From positions 13,020,001 through 13,084,000 of the forward strand of contig NC_043001.1 of NCBI RefSeq assembly GCF_006345805.1: a stretch of DNA of 64,000 nt, written 5' to 3'. The position numbers and the translations under genes were made by a program. Under the pieces are notes generated by a model, which searched no databases, had not been told where the DNA came from, and was given only the letters and a program-made list of their open reading frames with translations. This document shows positions 40,441-53,544 of the stretch, piece by piece (the stretch's first letter is position 1; every line of letters begins with the position of its first letter). The DNA comes from Octopus sinensis. Taxonomy: Eukaryota.

Positions 40441-40907
40441 CATAATGGGGTTTTCTCCGGACAAATGTTCAATACTTGATACACCACCGTACGTATTGTG
40501 TGTCTTCTTAGACCAATATTTCGATCTGCATCAAGTGTTCATTAATAAATGCTGAGTGGGAACTAGACAAATATTGAGTACGACATTACCGTTAAATATA
40601 TACGGTGTATTTTGACGTCTTCGTATTTCAAATTTGTAAACTAACATTGCTGACATTTCCACCGCACATATCAACTAATTGGTGTATCTTCCACTAGGAT
40701 GTCTGAGCAAATATTTAGTGTAGTGAGTTAATGAACTGTGGTAATTGCATTTAATCACTCATAATTGACGTTAATGAAATAACTTGTCTAGGAGGACTAA
40801 AATGTTAGTTACTTCATGATAAAGCATGTAGCTTTACATAAATTTGTATAGATTTAGAGAAATATTTTTCAGTATATTCGAATTAATTTATTTCCACACC
40901 TCTGGAA

Positions 40908-40939
<32 letters not shown>

Positions 40940-41322
40940 CTTTACTGTTTTACTCTTTTACTTGTTTCAGTCATTTGACTGCGGCCATGCTGGGGCACCG
41001 CCTTTAGTCGAGCAAATCGACCCCGGGACTTATTCTTTGTAAGCCCAGTACTTATTCTATCGGTCTCTTTTGCCGAACCGCTAAGAGACGGGGACGTAAA
41101 CACACCACCATATACAGACAAACACAGACACACACATATATATATACATACATATATATACATACAGGCTTCTTTCAGTTTCCGTCTACCAAATCCACTC
41201 ACAAGGCATTGGTCGGCCCGGGGCTATAGCAGAAGACACTTGCCCAAGATGCCACGCAGTGGAACTGAACCCGGAACCATGTGGTTGCGTAGCAAGCTAC
41301 TTACCACACAGCCACTCCTGCG

Positions 41323-41325
<3 letters not shown>
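40940..41325 (-). mobile_element. SINE family A, near full length
   Basis: Head and tail intact. Confidence 0.88.
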
Positions 41326-41389
<64 letters not shown>

Positions 41390-41530
41390 TGTGTGTGTGT
41401 GTGTGGTCTTTGTGTCTGTGTCTGTGTCTCTGTGTGTTTGTGTCTCTGTGTGTACGCATGCTTGTGTGTGAGTATTTGCACATCTAGATAGATATAAATA
41501 CACATGGAGGCATATATATATATATATAAT

Positions 41531-41571
<41 letters not shown>

Positions 41572-41574
41572 CGC

Positions 41575-41866
41575 TAGCGTTTCAGTTCCACTGTCCCTTA
41601 CTATATCATCTGGCCGACCAAATCCTTGCGAGAGGATTTGGTAGACGGAAACTGAAAGAAGCACGCCGGATATATGTATATAAGTATATGAGCATCTTTA
41701 TGTTAGTGTTCGTCTCACACGACTGCTTGACAACCGGTGCTGGTGTGTTTACATCTCCGTGATTTAGAATCCCTACCAAGCTGGGTAGTCGGGTCGATGC
41801 ATTCAACTAAATTTTTTTTCAAGGCGATGCCCCAGCATGGCTACAATCTAATGAATGGGACAAGTA
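41575..41866 (+). mobile_element. SINE family A, decayed
   Basis: ggatttggtagacggaaactgaaagaagc and gatgccccagcatggctacaatctaatg motifs. Confidence 0.6.
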
Positions 41867-42261
41867 TTGCTTCCCGGAAGCGGTAAACTACTTGATTCAA
41901 TACGAGTGTAGAATATTCCTCATTATATTCTCTGAATTACTCGCTTCCGATGACGAGCTGGCGAACCGAACCCTGTTTTCTTTCTAAATATCTAGCTAAA
42001 TATCCACTGGCTAAATATATTCTTGGCGTATAAAATAAAAAGTTGAAGAAAATGTTGATCTGCGGAATATTTTAATACAACAAAAGTTTGTCAATGGCTC
42101 TTGCAAAACAGCTGCTTGCAGCAGGCAATTTAATTTAAATTCTGGTTCTCAGGATTATGTCATAATTTACGTCATACACTGCATAAAAGCGAATTTGTGA
42201 ATTTGCATTTCTGCCTATTCAATTGTTCCAAAGAAATACATCTAACACTTGTAATTTACTA

Positions 42262-42634
42262 TTTTGTTACTTGTTTTAATCATTTGACTGGGGCCATGCT
42301 GGAGCACCGCCTTTAGTCGAGCAAATCGACCCCAGGACTTACTCTTTCTAAGCCTAGTACTTATGCTATCGGGTGTCTTTTCCCGAACCGCTAAGTTACG
42401 GGGACGAAAACACACCAGCATCGATTGTCAAGCGATGTTGGAGGGACAAACAGACACACATACATACATATATACAACGGGCTTCTTTCAGTTTCCGTCT
42501 GCCAAATCCATTCACAAGGCTTTGGTCGGCCCGATGCTATAGTAGAAGACACTTGCCCAAGGTGCCACGCAGTGGGAATAAAGCCGGAACCATGTGGTTC
42601 ATAAGCAAGCTACTTACCATACAGCCACTCCTGC
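42262..42634 (-). mobile_element. SINE family A
   Basis: Head and tail recognisable. Confidence 0.85.
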
Positions 42635-42783
42635 ATCTATTGCTTTATTTTAAGTGTTTATGTGGATATATTCATACGTTCACATGTACATTATATGCAC
42701 ATATACACACTCGCAAACACGCCTACACATTTACATGCCTAAATCATAACATACATGCATAAAGAAGTGCATAGATATATATA

Positions 42784-43016
42784 TATTTCTTTACTACCCA
42801 CACGGGGCTAAACATAGAGGGGTCAAACAAGGACAGACAAAGGGATTATGTCGATTACATCGACCCCAGTGCGTAAGTGGTACTTAATTTATCGACCCCG
42901 AAAGGATGAAAGGAAAAGTCTAGCTCGGCGGAATTTGAACTCAGAACGTAACGTCTGACGAAATACCGCTAAGCATTTCGCCCGGCGCGCTCAACGTTTC
43001 TGCCAGCTCGCCGCCC
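42784..43016 (-). mobile_element. SINE family C
   Basis: Full monomer in a TA-rich context. Confidence 0.85.
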
Positions 43017-43019
43017 TGA

Positions 43020-43035
43020 TATATGTATGCATATA

Positions 43036-43104
<69 letters not shown>

Positions 43105-43460
43105 TATATGCATATGTGTACATGCGCATGCATGCGTTACGCCTATACGGATGTATGTATATATATTATATATATATATAATATATATATATATATGTAT
43201 ATATATATACATTACATCCGTATAGGCGTATACGCATGCATGCGCATGTACACATATGCATAATATAATATATATATATATATATACATACATCTGTATA
43301 GGCGTATAGGCATGCATGCGCATGTACACATATGCATACGCACATACTTATATGCACATATACCCACACATGCATACTTATATGCACATATACGCATACA
43401 TACATACATACTTACACGCACATGTACGCATACATACATATATACATATCATGAATGTTA
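43020..43460. repeat. Compound (TA)n/(TGCA/TACA) tract with an internal inverted duplication
   Basis: A 46-47-bp unit at 43110-43155 is inverted at 43213-43259 and repeated at 43289-43335. Confidence 0.85.
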
Positions 43461-44179
43461 CTTTCTCAAATGCAGCAAGAAAGGTTGTCTGTAAACAGGT
43501 CGCGGCACACCACGTAGTTTGTATATCAATGAAATTATAAGTCTAGAGTTTTGAGTCTAGAGTTTGAATATTGTGTACATGCCTTTGTAACCGATGTCAA
43601 GGATAATTTATTACATAACTTCTAACTATAGCGAATTAATAATCCTAATAGGCGGCATTCATCAATAGTGCTATGCAACGCACATTTATTTCTTAGCGTC
43701 GAACAACACGTTTTACTGAAGAACACTGTGAATATCGTACAGCACATAAGTTTAATGAAAGAATGCAATATCTTCAATGAGACTTATATTAGTGCTCCAT
43801 GAAGTCTATTCACTATTCCTGGTGGAATACTTACAGACATAGTGATATCTTTAGGGTATAGGCTAGACTTTATGGTAATTACATATTCAGAATTTCCTAT
43901 CTCGTCGAGCAGACAACGGAATAGATTTCTATGAAAGGAATGCAACTATAAAGACATCTGTTCAACTGGATTTTCATGACCCATATTTGAGAGTTTATGA
44001 GAAACGTCCAAATAGCATTTTTCCCATTCAGTGTATTATAGTAAGCTGAAGTTAGGAATTCTACGTAATAAACTATTACACTAAAACCACAGAAACACAG
44101 ACACCCACACAAATGTGTAACTTATATAGGGCCACTTAAATATGGAGAGAACACACACATTAATCTATAATGCATACAT

Positions 44180-44205
44180 ATAGATATATAGATACATATT
44201 CATAT

Positions 44206-44270
<65 letters not shown>

Positions 44271-44424
44271 TATATAAATGAATAAATTGAATTTTCCATG
44301 TTAACGGTAAACAGGATAATTCATTCACCCATTGATAGTATATAATATATATATATATATATATACGTATATATACATGTATATATATATGTATATTAAT
44401 ATATATATATGTATTTAATATATA

Positions 44425-44455
<31 letters not shown>

Positions 44456-44573
44456 TATACATGTATATATATATGTATATTAATATATATATATATATAT
44501 ACTATATATACTATATAATGTATACGCATATATATATACATATATATATGTATACATACATATGATATATATT

Positions 44574-44610
<37 letters not shown>

Positions 44611-44731
44611 CATATACATATATATATATACATAAATAGACATTATATATTTATATAAATAATATACATATATATATATATATAATATATATATATATAC
44701 ATGTATATACATATATATATTTATATAAATA

Positions 44732-44783
<52 letters not shown>

Positions 44784-44900
44784 ACGTATGTATACATATT
44801 TATATGCATACTTATATATGAATGCATGTGTACATATATATACATATATACATACATAGATACATATATAAATACAAACATATATACATATATACAAGTA
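44180..44900. repeat. Long degenerate (TA)n compound microsatellite with higher-order block duplications
   Basis: Directly visible. Confidence 0.9.
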
Positions 44901-45227
44901 AACGCACACACTAGTACATACACACGCACATGAGTGTGTGTCTGTCTGGACGTGTATGTGGAGAGGGAAGAGGGTATACATGTTTGAACTTCTATTTAAC
45001 TGGCAGGAAATTAAAGCACCTGTCAAATTTTAATTCAAATTCCAAAGCTAAATTATTAAATAACCCTTTGAAGATTTTATGAATGTTCTGTTACGAAAAT
45101 GTCTGACTTTATCGTGATTGTAAATGGAAGCAGACGAGTAATTAATCAAAACTAAGTGTTCACGTAGAAGTGCGATGCCATTGTTGGTCACTCGGATTTT
45201 GTCACCCCCAAATAGCTAAACACACCT

Positions 45228-45445
45228 CCTTTTAGTCTTTTACACTTTTACTTGTTTCAGCTATTTCAGTGTGGCCATGCTGGAGCACAACGTTTAGTCG
45301 AACAAATTGACCCCAGGACTTATTCTTTGTAAGCCTAGCACTTATTCTATTGGAATCTTTTGCCGAACCGCTAAGTTACGGGGACGTAAACACACAGCAT
45401 CGGTTGTCAAGCGATGTTGGGGTGACAAACACACACACACAAACA
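45228..45445 (-). mobile_element. SINE family A, 3' half
   Basis: Tail and right monomer recognisable. Confidence 0.75.
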
Positions 45446-45495
45446 TACGCACATGCGCACACAGGCACACACACACAAACACGCACACACACACA

Positions 45496-45550
<55 letters not shown>

Positions 45551-45551
<1 letters not shown>

Positions 45552-45620
45552 CCAGGTGGTGCTATTAAGTTAGACATGGCCTGGGCCAATAATGGCCGCC
45601 GAAACTATCAAAGTATCAAA

Positions 45621-45623
<3 letters not shown>
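45551..45623 (+). mobile_element. 73-bp 5'-truncated LINE-like 3' end with (TCAAAGTA)2 tail inside (TA)n
   Basis: Hairpin ggcc-aataat-ggcc followed by 8-nt tandem tail units, the architecture of CR1 3' ends. Confidence 0.55.
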
Positions 45624-45662
<39 letters not shown>

Positions 45663-45712
45663 CGTACATACATATATATATATATGTATATATGTGTGTA
45701 AATATATATACA

Positions 45713-45775
<63 letters not shown>

Positions 45776-45812
45776 GTGCGTGTGTGTGGGATAATATATA
45801 ATCACATAATAG

Positions 45813-45844
<32 letters not shown>

Positions 45845-45950
45845 TAGACATATATATACACATATATAATATGTATATATGTATATACATACATATGTAT
45901 ATAGTAATATACATACATATATATTATATATGTATGTATATATGTATACA

Positions 45951-45981
<31 letters not shown>

Positions 45982-46374
45982 GCATATATGTATATACACA
46001 CACATATATATATATGTATATATGTATATACACATATATACATATATATATATATCTGTATATGCACATATACCTATATATATGTATATATACATATATA
46101 TGTATATATGTCTCTATATATATGGGGGGGTTATGTGTGTATATAATGAATATGAGAATGTAGACAAAATTAAAGTGACCCAAGAGCGTTCCTTTGGCAA
46201 GAGCTGTAATTAAAAGACTAAACATGAAGCGTAATTACTGGTATTACTCGATAACTGTATAATCTTTACTATCTAGGTTGTTTTTAATAGAAAATTATTA
46301 GTGAATTTGTTACTCTATTTTAGTGTTTGTGTGTGTGGTTACACACGCGCGCACACATGCCTTAACTACTAATT

Positions 46375-46835
46375 CTGCCATGAAAGGAAACCATTGGACC
46401 GGCGGATTTCCACGATATATATTTCCCCCACACCAGATCATCTCAAATCCTCCTCCATGTTTAGAAATCGGAAGAAGGCATTCAGAGTCAAATGCTTATT
46501 TTGCTTGTCTCCATACGTATACTCGGCCAGTGGACGGAAATAAGTTAAAGGATGACTCGTCCGAGAAAATAACATTCTTCCACCGCGCTAGCGACCAATT
46601 CTGTAGTTTTTTCACTCCACTCTAAATGCTTTGCGACATTTGTTTTTGAAAGAGCTGTAAAAACCAGTGAAATTCAGCTTTGTATACCTTCGACGAGAAG
46701 GTTTTCACCTCTTTCTCAAAGGCTGTCATTACTTGCGAGACATCACTTCTTGATACACCAAACATTTCGGCTGTTATCGTTAAGCTAGCGCCTGCCGTAC
46801 GATCTCTTTGAAAGTCCGATAGATCTCTCATGAAT
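46375..46835 (-). pseudogene. Tc1-family transposase remnant (HTH start + first DDE motif, internal deletion)
   Basis: MRDLSDFQR...AGASLTITAEMFGVSRSDVSQVMTAFEKE.KT.S.K, then WKNVIFSDESSFNLFPSTGRVYVWRQ...KHGGG...IW. Confidence 0.8.
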
Positions 46836-47037
46836 TTTAATTATTTTTTTCCGATGATATCTGAAAAGAAGCAGCAATTTTAGCGATGCATTTTAAGCAT
46901 CACTAATAATAAATAAAGAAAAACCATAAAATTAAAGCCTTTCACGGTTATATAGGTATTTCAAAGTTATGATACTATGGTACTAGGTTTTTCCATTATT
47001 TATCCACTCCTTGTACACACACCATAACACAACACAC

Positions 47038-47080
<43 letters not shown>

Positions 47081-47087
47081 TATATAT

Positions 47088-47287
47088 CGCCATGCTGAAT
47101 CGCTAGTTTCTGCACGCATTTTCTTTCTCTCCGTGTTCTTCTTCTGTGTATCTATCTGTTGAAGAGCGTAGGCTCGAAACGTAAAAGACTTGTTTTATTT
47201 ATATTCCTGAGCGCCATACTAATACAATTGTTTGTTTGTATTCCACCTGCCTTTGTCTTTTGTTTATTTTCATAAAGCTTCCCGTTA
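47088..47287 (+). mobile_element. (TA)n-embedded hammerhead-bearing short repeat, copy 2 (longest)
   Basis: Starts cgccatgctgaatcgctag and ends ttcccgtt; (TA)n on both sides. Confidence 0.72.
47151..47188 (+). ncRNA. Minimal type I hammerhead ribozyme motif, variant core CUGUUGA
   Basis: Stem I tctat/aaaga (one mismatch); CTGTTGA-A; perfect stem II gagc-gtag-gctc; GAAAC-GTA. Predicted cleavage at 47183/47184. Confidence 0.65.
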
Positions 47288-48313
47288 TATATATATATAT
47301 ATATATATATTATCTAATACACACTCTACATACATTTCTGTGCTACTAATTAATAGTTTCATATTTTGAGAAATACCTCAAACATAATCATCAATCACAA
47401 TCGACATATAATTACAAACCAAAAATTCAATGGGAAAAGAAACGGAAAAAGTTGAGAAAGAGGCATATAAAAAACATGGAAATGTTAAAAAAATGGAAAA
47501 TGATAAAGTTAAAAGTAAACACTAAAAGAGCTTAAATAATAAGTCTGGAAACCTATCAACCAGTGAGTAAATAAAAATTCCACTTATATCTGATTAAATT
47601 CTTGATATCGTTTCAGCCTTGTAATTTAAACTCTCAGGCGAATCAATCTTTACCTTTTCCTTCGTTTTCCGTTGTTTCACCTTCCACAAACTAGAATCAT
47701 GAAGGTGAGGGTAAAATTCAGACGATACTTCCTTTTCTGAAAACACACACACACAGAAGCATAACAAAAATTTGAAAATATTTAAACAAGTTCGACTTTG
47801 CCTTTCATCCTTTCGGGTTCGATAAATTAATTACCAGTTACGCACCGGGGTCGATATAATCGGCTTAATCCGTTTGTCCCTTCTGTGTTTAGCCCCTTGC
47901 GGGTAGTAAAGAAATATATATATTACTTGTTTCTAAACTTTCCACGATTCTTCTCTCAATCAATTTTTAGTTCGTTATGGTATGTTGCTTGAGCCTAGTG
48001 CTTATGTTTGACGCTTTTCTCTTAATATCAAACTTTTAGTAGCACATATAAACATGTAATATTAATCTTTCACAAGACGGAATACTGTTTTTTAGTTGAC
48101 CACGCCATCACGAAACAATACTATCAACAACTTGAGCAATGGTTTTATCATTATCTTTTTAAGTTATAATTGTCAATGCCGTATTCCGCGTTATCAGGTA
48201 TCTAATATCTAGTTGAGGACTGTTTGTAGCCTATGACTTTTCAGGGCGAAATCTGTCACAATATATGCTTGAATTACAGTTTAGAGGCAAGACTGCTAGT
48301 TCTGGCAAAACTA

Positions 48314-48724
48314 TCTCTTTTCCTCTTTTACTCTTTTACTTGTTTCAGTCATTCGACTGCGGCCATGCTGGAGCACCGCCTTTATTCGAGCAAATCGACC
48401 CTGGGACTTATTCTTTGTAAGCCCAGTACTTATTCTATCAGTCTCTTTTGTCGAACCGCTAAGTGACGGGGACGTAAACACACCAGCATCTGTTGTCAAG
48501 CAATGCTAGGGGGACAAACACAGACACACAAACATATACACATATATATATACATATATACGACAGGCTTCTTTCAGTTTCCGTCTACCAAATCCACTCA
48601 CAAGGCATTGGTCGGCCCGGAGCTATAGCAGAAGACACTTGCCCAAGATACCACGCAGTGGGACTGAACCCGGAACCATGTGGTTGGTTAGCAAGCTACT
48701 TACCCCACAGCCACTCCTGCGCCT
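48314..48724 (-). mobile_element. SINE family A, full length
   Basis: Head and tail intact. Confidence 0.88.
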
Positions 48725-49228
48725 ATAAAAAGTAATTGCTTCCCTAGCAAGGAAAACATGTTTAAGCAAGGCATAACAGAAAATATAAGCTACTGAAAGG
48801 GAAATACAGGCGCATAAAATTTCGTTCGTTTTTTTTTTCTGTGTGCATAAAAATGTCTTTAATCTTGCAAATTAATAAAACATTGAGTCAAAACAGAGGA
48901 GTAACCTACAAGAGTTTCCGAAGCGCGCTCTAATTCATGCGACGTGTACACTGTTGAAATTTAGAAACCGCTATAATGATACCTTTTAGCTCATCATGTC
49001 GGATGTTATATATTCATAACATATTTTGTAACGTGGCGCAATTGATATATCACAAATTCATTGTCCCAGTCTTGGGTTATACTATGTGTGGTATCGGTTC
49101 GATTCCCTCAGTTTCCTGGAGTTTATTCTGGGCATGGGATCTTGTTTTGCTGCGGAAAAGCTCACTTTCTCTTAACAACCACCGGGTACTTTTCCTGCTC
49201 AATGACACACGCTCTAACAAACACATGA

Positions 49229-49611
49229 TGGATGGAAGCACTCCGTCGGTTACGACGACGAGGGTTCCGGTTGATCCGATCAACGGAACAGCATGCTCGT
49301 GAAATTAACGTGTAAGTGGCTGAGCACTCCACAGACACGTGTACCCTTAATGTAGTTCTCGGGGATATTCAGCGTGACACAGAGAGTGACAAGGCCGGCC
49401 CTTTGAAATATAGGTACAACAGGAAGTAAGAGTGAGAGAAAGTTATGGTGAAAGAGTACAGCAGGGATCACCACCATCCCTGCCGGAGCCTCGTGGAGCT
49501 TTTAGGTGTTTTCGCTCAATAAACACTCACAACGCCTAGTCTGGGAATCGAAACCGCGATCCAACGACCGCGAGTCCGCTGCCCTAACCACTGGGCCATT
49601 GCGCCTCCACA
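49229..49611 (-). mobile_element. SINE family B, full length
   Basis: Reverse complement of the 58851-59240 type. Confidence 0.88.
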
Positions 49612-49809
49612 ACGGAATAGAGGATAGCCTCGATACTTCGGCTGTCCGGAACGAACTTCTAGTAAAATAATCTTTCATAATTTCACCATATGCAGAGCAT
49701 CAACAGGTTCGAAACGCCAGTCTTTTTATCGGCAAATAGCAGAAGCTAGCTTTAAAACTTATCCACTTAATCCGAACACCTGAACACACACTCTCTCTCT
49801 CTCTCGCAA

Positions 49810-49877
<68 letters not shown>

Positions 49878-50377
49878 CGTCGTGTGTGTGTGTGTGTGTA
49901 TGGTGTAAAAGGAACCTGAAAGAATCTTTGAGCCAAATAAAGCTTCTAGTTACACTTCGTCTTCCGTGGCAATCATTATGAGATGTGTGTTTGTGCTTAT
50001 GTGTGTACGTGTAAGCGCATAGGTGCGTGTGCGTGATAGAAAAATTAGTGGTTGAAAGCGATGTAGTAATAATATTATTTGAAAAGTATTTCGCCATCTT
50101 GTTTTCATTTTAAAAAGTAGGCACCCTAGCACGTATATATGTATGGAGGAACACGCATACACAAAAATATGTATGTAGGTATGGGAAGCGATGTATGTGT
50201 GCATGTATATGTATGTAAAGATACCTGTGCGTTTGTGCGTGTGTGTATGCATATACAAATACGTACTTATACATCTGTTTTTCTGTGTTGATACGTATGT
50301 ATGTCTCGCTGTCTCTCTCCATATATGTATGAATATATAATATATATATAATATATATATATATATAATTATATATA

Positions 50378-50409
<32 letters not shown>

Positions 50410-50477
50410 ATTATATATATATATATATATATAATATATATATATATATGCATATATATATATTATATTATAATATA

Positions 50478-50514
<37 letters not shown>

Positions 50515-51040
50515 TATATATATATGCATATATGTATATATATATGTGTATGTGCGTGTGTATATAAACCCACATACATATACGTATATATCTACATATA
50601 TAAACATATATATGCGTGTGTGTGTATAATTATATACGTGTGAGTTCATGTGTGTATGTGTAAATGTTAATCTGCTGATAAAACAATTAACGTGCATGAT
50701 ATCAGCTGTGTTACATTACTTTGCTGTAATCTTCTCTAAAAGAAAATTTAATCTCGGGCAAGAGTTAAATAGGAATTGTGACGTTCTTACAAAAGATTTC
50801 AGTGCATATAAGTAAATTGAATTAGTATGAAATCATAGTAGTACTAATCTAATATGTTTGTGTTTGGACCTAAGTGCAAGTCATTGCTTGAAATTCAGAA
50901 AATACAACTTTCATCGTACAATTAAGAAATTGATCTCAGAATGGAACACAGCTAACACTGCATAACAGCTTCCACACGCATGATAAGCAAGTGATTGTTC
51001 TACAGCCGCTACCTGCAGTACCCTTTAACTTACCAGTCAA

Positions 51041-51430
51041 CTAGCAGTATAGCCCGGCGTTGCTCGGGTTTGTGTCGACCCTTTAGAATTGGAATTTTTG
51101 AAAAGTAAAAATTTTGCATAATGTAGCTTGTTTTTCCCTTTAAGTGAACATGTTTCTGGTTGAAATACACCGAAAAATGGCGACACAGCAGTCAAAAATC
51201 ATAAAAAAAAGGTATTTTCATAGAAAAAAAGCACCGTTTTGATGTAAATAATTTTTGGTGTTAACATGGTCCGATTTGAATTTTGTCTCCTACGGAACGA
51301 AGAGTAAGCCTTCTTCTATCATACTTTCAATTTTGGTCAACTTGTGCCGCAGGGTCTCGGAGGGGATAGTGTTTGTTGAAGGCTACCAAACCTGCTATAC
51401 ACAGACAAGTTCAGCTTTATATGAGAGAGA
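51041..51430 (-). mobile_element. Non-autonomous Helitron, copy 4 (third interior type)
   Basis: A|TC...cccgagcaacgccgggc...CTAG|T. Confidence 0.75.
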
Positions 51431-51489
51431 TTACGAGTATTGTTCTCCCTCTAGTCGTCCTATGTGATACTATATCACTATTAAGGCGA

Positions 51490-52235
51490 ACTTGAAGTTA
51501 TTCTCTCAGCCTTCAATGCAAACTAAATTTCTTTAGCCATCACCCTTGAAATAAATGCGGTCATGGGCCCTCCCAATTCAGAATTTTCTTAACATTTTAC
51601 TCATTAATACACTTAGTCTTATATCTGACTGCTTCTCACTCACTATTTATTCCCCCACTCTCTTTAACCATATTGTATCTCCATTATGATTGACCGGCTT
51701 ATCCTAGATATTACTCCAGAACATTCTAACCTTTCCTGCATTAGGTTTCTCCACTTTAGTACTTCGTTCTCCGTTATTCATTTGGTTATAAAACCTCCTC
51801 TGGTCTTTATTGATACAGCTCTTCTTTTTTGATAACTGGAGGGCTTGCCTGCTAGTGCTATGATACGCTGTTCCAACTCTTCTGTTACTGTCCGAAATCC
51901 TTTCTCTTTAAACAAATATCTTTTCTCAAGGGAAGATTTGCATCTTGTGTTTCCTAAATTGATCAGTTCCCATGCTTCTATTCTACTCAGATCTTGTCTT
52001 AAAATCTCCACTTTATTTTGTAGTCACCTTTTCCACAGTTGATCTTTATTAATAATTCCCTGTGCGATATCTACTGCCTCTCCTCTATATATTAATCAGC
52101 TAGTGTTTCCTATATTTTTAGCATTTATCCTACTGATAACAGTATCTACTTTTCTAGTCCTTTCTACCAGCTTCCTTCTGTTTATGCTTTCAGTGCTAGC
52201 AATGTTCTTTACTTTTTTACTCACCACGAATATAT
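51490..52235 (-). mobile_element. Decayed R4/Dong-clade LINE fragment (N-terminal part of ORF)
   Basis: NRRKLVERTRKVDTVI...LWKR*LQNKVEILRQDLSRIEAW...EELEQRIIALA, PNAGKVRMFWSNI*DKPVNHNGDTIWLK, KILNWEGP. Confidence 0.75.
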
Positions 52236-53544
52236 GAAGCAGCATCCAACGGAAAGCACTAAACCATATTTCAAGCTGTATTTAACAGTTCTAATAATTT
52301 GCACAAAAATCCTACATACATCAAAATATATTGTATCATATTTTATTGCCAGTTGTGCCAACAACATTTGGCTGGCTTTGAAGCAAGAACCTCTTTGCAC
52401 CTCTTTTCAAATTCATCCAAATTGATCAACTTCCATCGAGGCAAGAAATGAACAATGACTCGGAAATTTCTTTTAATCTGAGGATTCAATATCTGGATTC
52501 TAAGCGCGATGAGGCAAATCTTCCAGCTCTTCAGTTTCCTCAAATTTGTCCTTGGCCGCATTGGCGGGTAATTTCTTTTCTCAACGCTCTTGCACTCATT
52601 GGTTTTTTTGGGGTTTTTTTTCTTTCACATGGAACATAAAATGGTAATTATTGCAATTTCCCAACACTTGCTATCTAAGATGTAAAGTGATGAAAAACAA
52701 TGATTAATGTTTATATGTTAGATAAGAACATAAACAATTGAACGACAATGTAATATTATAATAAGGAAATACAAGTTGCCAAATATCATCAGTGGAAATC
52801 CATGAAACACTTTTGAGTCTACCTGGTACAATGCCTTAGAAATGAAAGCAAGTAACTTAACGGAAAAGATTAGTTAAGCAATATATGAGGCAACAACGTG
52901 AAACCACTACAAAATTTTACGCACGTGATATGTCATGTATATAAAACGAAAAAAGGTAATATAATCTAAATTGACAAGGTTTGTAAATATCCCAAACAAT
53001 ATGCAACCACAAAATGTATACAAGATACGGAAAATATAAACAAGTAATATATCAGGAAATATTTAACATTTAAGTGGATCTCACGTAAGCAATAGAAAAA
53101 ATAGACAAGCTATAAGCAAAATGGAGACGATTGTGCAACTCTACGAAAGCGTAAAATAAATGCAATGGGCATTTGAATGAAATTCTATTTGCGGTAATAA
53201 ACTACCCGATATCGAGTGACGGAATCTGCTGATTTATTCAGCAACATCGATAATACGAAAGATTGTAGTGTTTGATTTTAATAATGTTAAATCACATGGA
53301 ATGTTCCATTATAAAATACTGAGAAAATACAAAGCACTAAGCTAGATAGAAAATCAGATATCACACTTGATATATATATATATATCAGGTTGAAGAAAAA
53401 AAGAATGTTACCTATAAAAAGTAATTGCTTCCCTAGCAAGGAAAAACATGTTTAAACAAGGCATAACAGAAAACATATGTTATTGAAAGGGAAATACAGG
53501 CGCATAAAATATTCGTTTCATACTCCTGCAGAAGGCCACTCATT

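Noticed and set aside
41870-41990. ETS-like ccggaag motifs suggesting a promoter
   Set aside because: Isolated short motifs with no CpG island or downstream exon.
52300-52600. AG/GT-bounded candidate exon on plus; mariner HTH-like KFEETEELEDLPHR on minus
   Set aside because: All three plus frames contain stops, and the minus-strand similarity is too decayed to call.
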